Of a stretch of DNA of 64,000 bases, positions 60,209-64,000 are shown in pieces (position 1 is the stretch's first letter; each line of letters opens with the position of its first letter). The DNA comes from Bilabrum cf. latius (taxonomy: Eukaryota), in contig OZ237771.1 in NCBI GenBank assembly GCA_965178125.1, positions 124,001 to 188,000 on the forward strand. Direction: 5' to 3'. The position numbers and the translations under genes were made by a program. A model generated the notes under the pieces. That model saw only the letters and a list, made by a program, of their open reading frames with translations, did no database searches and was not told where the DNA came from.

Positions 60209-63200
60209 TCATTTCTGCCCGTTTTGCTTCCGGATCGGGTTGACGACTGGACTCATGCCGTGGCGCCTGTTCAGGATTTCATGTCCCGTCTAAACAGGCT
60301 GCCCAGTGTTGCAGTCGACCGGTGCCTCTGTCTGGACCCTTCTCGAACCGCTTGCCGTGACACAGAATGACACATACTCCAAGTGCCACGCAACAGCTAG
60401 AGCAGCTGCGACAAGGACTGCGGTACAAAGAGCGCCGACCACAGCGGCGACACCTGCACCCAGCCCACCAGGCCCAGAGTCGCTGTCTCCACAAACTGGT
60501 TGACCACCAGGTCTTCCTCCGGTCGCACCTGTAGCTCGGATTCCAGTGCTAACCACGTCGGTCTCCAATATAAGCACGGACTGCTGGATGCCCGAAGTAT
60601 CCAGAGCCAGCCGGTCCTCAATCTAGGGAACAGCAGCGACCAGGTCAGATGAAAGCGGGCTGTTTGCAGCTGACTGGCTGCCTGTGATATAGGTCATTAC
60701 ATCTGACGTGATCCGCTACATATCAGATGAAGGTGGGAAGCGCAGCTGCACACCGATCTGTAGGGTGCTTTGCTCGGCTGATTGCGCTGACCTGGCCCTT
60801 GGCTCCCCTCGCATGTTGGACAAACGCTCCATCCTCCTGCGCGCGCCAACAAGGGAATCGCCATCACCGCTCACGCTCGTCACCACCACAGAGTGGGCAT
60901 CCGCCGCATCCAGGAGCAGCTCCTCCATGGCCTTCGCCACTGCACGTACGAACTAGGTCCTGCCCAGGCCAAGCAATCGCAGATTGTTTACTTGCAGGTA
61001 CGCACCTACGGGGCTAATAGCCGGAGCACACACCTGAGTGCTATTCTCGCACACGAGACCAGAGGCACAGTTGTCGTTCGTGTTGCAATTCAGACCAGCC
61101 CTGCACAAGACACAGCCTTTGCCAAGCTCAATGCCACAGTCGACGTCCGTTTCCAGGCCATTCTGGTAGCTGTCCTGGCATGTTGGACCATTCGATTGTT
61201 GTAGCAATGTGCAAGCACCATTGCTGTCACGTAGATACCCGGGATCGCACATACATTCGAAGCTGTCTGATGATGCCAGACCAAGGCAAAGGCCATTGCC
61301 GCACGTACCCGTACCAACACCGCAAGGGTCCACTGGCACTTGCATGCGCTGCTGGCGGCACGTCGGCCCAAAAAAGTCTCTCGGACACTCGCACTGAAAG
61401 GAATCCGCCCGCTGTACGTTGCACACTCCTCCGTTCAGGCACGGATTTGGCAAACAGGGGGCTGCGCTCTCGCCTGCGCTAGTAGTTACCTTGGGGTCAG
61501 CAGAAGGAGAGCCAGCTGGAAGAGACGACGGGCTTACTTGCGCGTCCGGAGTTGGCGAAGAAGTGGATGGCCCTGGAGATACAGACGATATCTGTACCGT
61601 TGGCATAGGTGACGATGATACGGGTGCGCCTTGATCAATCGAGGGGCTGGGCGAAACAGGTGCTGCACTATTGGAAGGCCCGACTGGATTGCTGGACGGT
61701 GCTGCTGCCCCGGATGTTGTCGTCGGCGAGCTGGAAGTCGTCGATGAGCCGGTAGTTGGTGATGAGCTGGACGTCGTCGATGAGCTGGATATCGTCGACG
61801 AGCTGGCAGTTGGTGATGGGCTGGCAGTTGGTGATGAGCTGGATATCGTCGATGAGCTGGCAGTTGGTGATGGGCTAGCAGTTGCATACATTGACGGTGA
61901 AATAGAAGGCGAGGGGGAAGCTTCCAGGCGATCCATCCTAATACTCAGCAGCCACATGGTCCCAGACTCATCGCTAGGAAGACCAAGATTGTCATCAACC
62001 GCTCCGACAGCCAGAGTGAGGTTGGGGCCAATCATGGACCCAAAGTCCAACATCGCAACACTGGAGCCAAAGCCGGTGTATGAATCTGTGAACGTTCGGA
62101 AGTCCCCGATTGTGTCGTAGATATCTTGCTGCGCCGTAACCCAGCCGCTAGAGTTCAGGTGCAGGATCCAAACCGCCCCGTTTGGATACTAGCTGGACAC
62201 TCTAAGTCTGCCACCAACAGCCACAGAAACTGCAGCACCTGGGTGTAACCGACCAAGTGGAGCGATGGAGGTTCCAAATTTTTCTAATCTCAAGCCTTGA
62301 GTGATCATGCCGCCGTGAATCCCCGAGATGTTCTGAATGACATCATGTTCGAGGGCTCCGTTAATCGCTAGGATCCAGACAACCCCCTCTGTGAAAAGCA
62401 TCTCACTAGGCCGGGCATTGGGTGCACCTATTGCGATCCAAAGAGCGCCTTCAATGCTGCCTAGAAGAGCAACAGATGAGCCAAAAGCCGGGAACCGATT
62501 TGAAATTCCAGAATCCTACGCAGGCTCAACAATTCTGACGGATTTCTGCACCGACATGTCCTCTCCCAACGAAATGACGTACACCACACCCTGGCTATTT
62601 CGGTCAGCACCGTTTTCCTGAGGTGCTCCTACTGCTATGGTCAAGTTGCTAGCCGGGTCGAGCTGCCCAAGCGAAGCCACAGAGGCCCCAAATCCTAGAG
62701 AAGAGCCAAAAGACACTTGGTGATCAGCATGCGAACTCGATATATCCGACCAGTTACTCAAGCTGCCATTTGCGTGAAGATGCAAGAAAAATACACCTCC
62801 CCATCTCCCATATCGACTTGCACCAACGGCAAGCGATACAGCCCCTGGTGTGTCTGGGTGCAGCTGGCCAAGCGAGACTAGTGCACAACCAAAATCTTCG
62901 GCCGGACGGATCAGAGGCAGCCCGTCTTGACCACCAAGTATGCTGTGATATCTAGCTACTGTACCGTTGGAATGCAGATACAGGAGCCACACAGCATTGC
63001 TGCGCGAAGCCCCGACAGCTACTGCTTGCGCATGGTCATCACCAAGCTTGCCAAGCACCGCGACAGCCGATCCAAAGTCACCTGTTAGTGCTCCATCACC
63101 GTCGAATCCGCGCAGGGAGCTCCCAATGCGAACAGCATCAGGGACGAGTTCCGGCTCGGTTTCAATCTGCTCGATATCGATCCGCCAGAAGGCGCCCATC

Positions 63201-64000
63201 TCTACTACCGCCTCGCCGATTGAGTCCTCTGGACTGCCCACCAATAGGGTGTAGTTGCGACCAGACCCTGGGAAGACGGAGAGGGCGTGGCCAAACATGT
63301 TCGAATCACCGATCGCTGGGAAGTAGTTGAAACGGGGTGCGACGAGCTTGGTGCTGCTCATCACGCTCATGTCCGGCCTGAGGCTGAGAAGCCAAACTGC
63401 TCCGGTACCACCAGTCACATCGTTGGGTGGCTAGCCCCCTACGGCAATGTTTAGCGCAGCTCCCGGATCGACTCGCCCAAGATACAATACAGATGTCCCA
63501 AAGTGGTCGAATGCGGAGGAGTCAAGACTGGCTTGCTCAAAGTCAACCATCGGGCCTGTGATAATTGACGATCCGTAGAAAGATAGGTCATGCCGTAAGT
63601 GCACCAAGTGAACTCGCCCGGAAGACCCATGGGATGCATCACCAGGGGCCCCCACTCCGAGGGTCAGTGAAACGTCCAGGCTAACTCGGCTCATGGTCTC
63701 TATGGTCGGGTCAGGAGGTGGAAACGAAGCCAAAGAGGCGCCAAACAACATGCTGTGTTCGATCGAAATGCCGGTCGCTCTCGACAGCAACTCGCTACGA
63801 CGCACAAATCCATTGGATTGCAAGTGAATCAGCCACACAGCACCGTAAAAAATGAGTCGAGCTTTTTCGTGGAAAGGCTCCCCGACCGCGATACTGGCAG
63901 CGACATTTTCATCCGCCGCAATTTGCCCTAGGGACGCAACGGAAGCCCCGAACTGGCCAACTCGCTCCGCACCAAAACGGCCATCCCAACCATCAATTGA
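60209..64000 (-). CDS. Integrin-alpha-like FG-GAP repeat membrane protein with Ser/Thr stalk, EGF domains and C-terminal TM (5' end outside window, many TAG)
   Basis: Repeated FG.S.A.LG...AVGA...GAVW units, CLPNPCLNGGVC, and TM GVAAVVGALCTAVLVAAALAVAW. The frame runs through TAGs to TGA at 60209. Confidence 0.8.

Overview
Eukaryotic (very probably stramenopile, bicosoecid-like) nuclear DNA with a GC-rich host background and a sharply delimited, AT-rich 21,253-bp endogenous virophage at 15538-36790. The element has 483-bp perfect terminal inverted repeats and a 5-bp AATCT target-site duplication. Its gene set is mavirus-like: SF3 helicase, rve integrase, protein-primed PolB, lipase, GIY-YIG nuclease, fibres, packaging ATPase, Cys protease, major capsid protein (MCP) and penton. 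The main signal is that both host and virophage genes use TAG as a sense codon, most likely Gln, while TAA and TGA terminate. The fragmented ORF track collapses into long intact genes when TAG is read through. Other observations: two related GC-rich structured insertions interrupt the viral GIY-YIG and ATPase genes; there is one in-frame TGA in the MCP; a GG|S-x-W motif recurs in three viral proteins; and there are two classes of viral promoter motif. On the host side there is a divergent gene pair (AAA+/SPRY protein and glycine-zipper repeat protein) bracketed by long repeats, and a dispersed 12-mer GTGTGACGAGTG. All family assignments come from motifs read by eye; no database searches were run.
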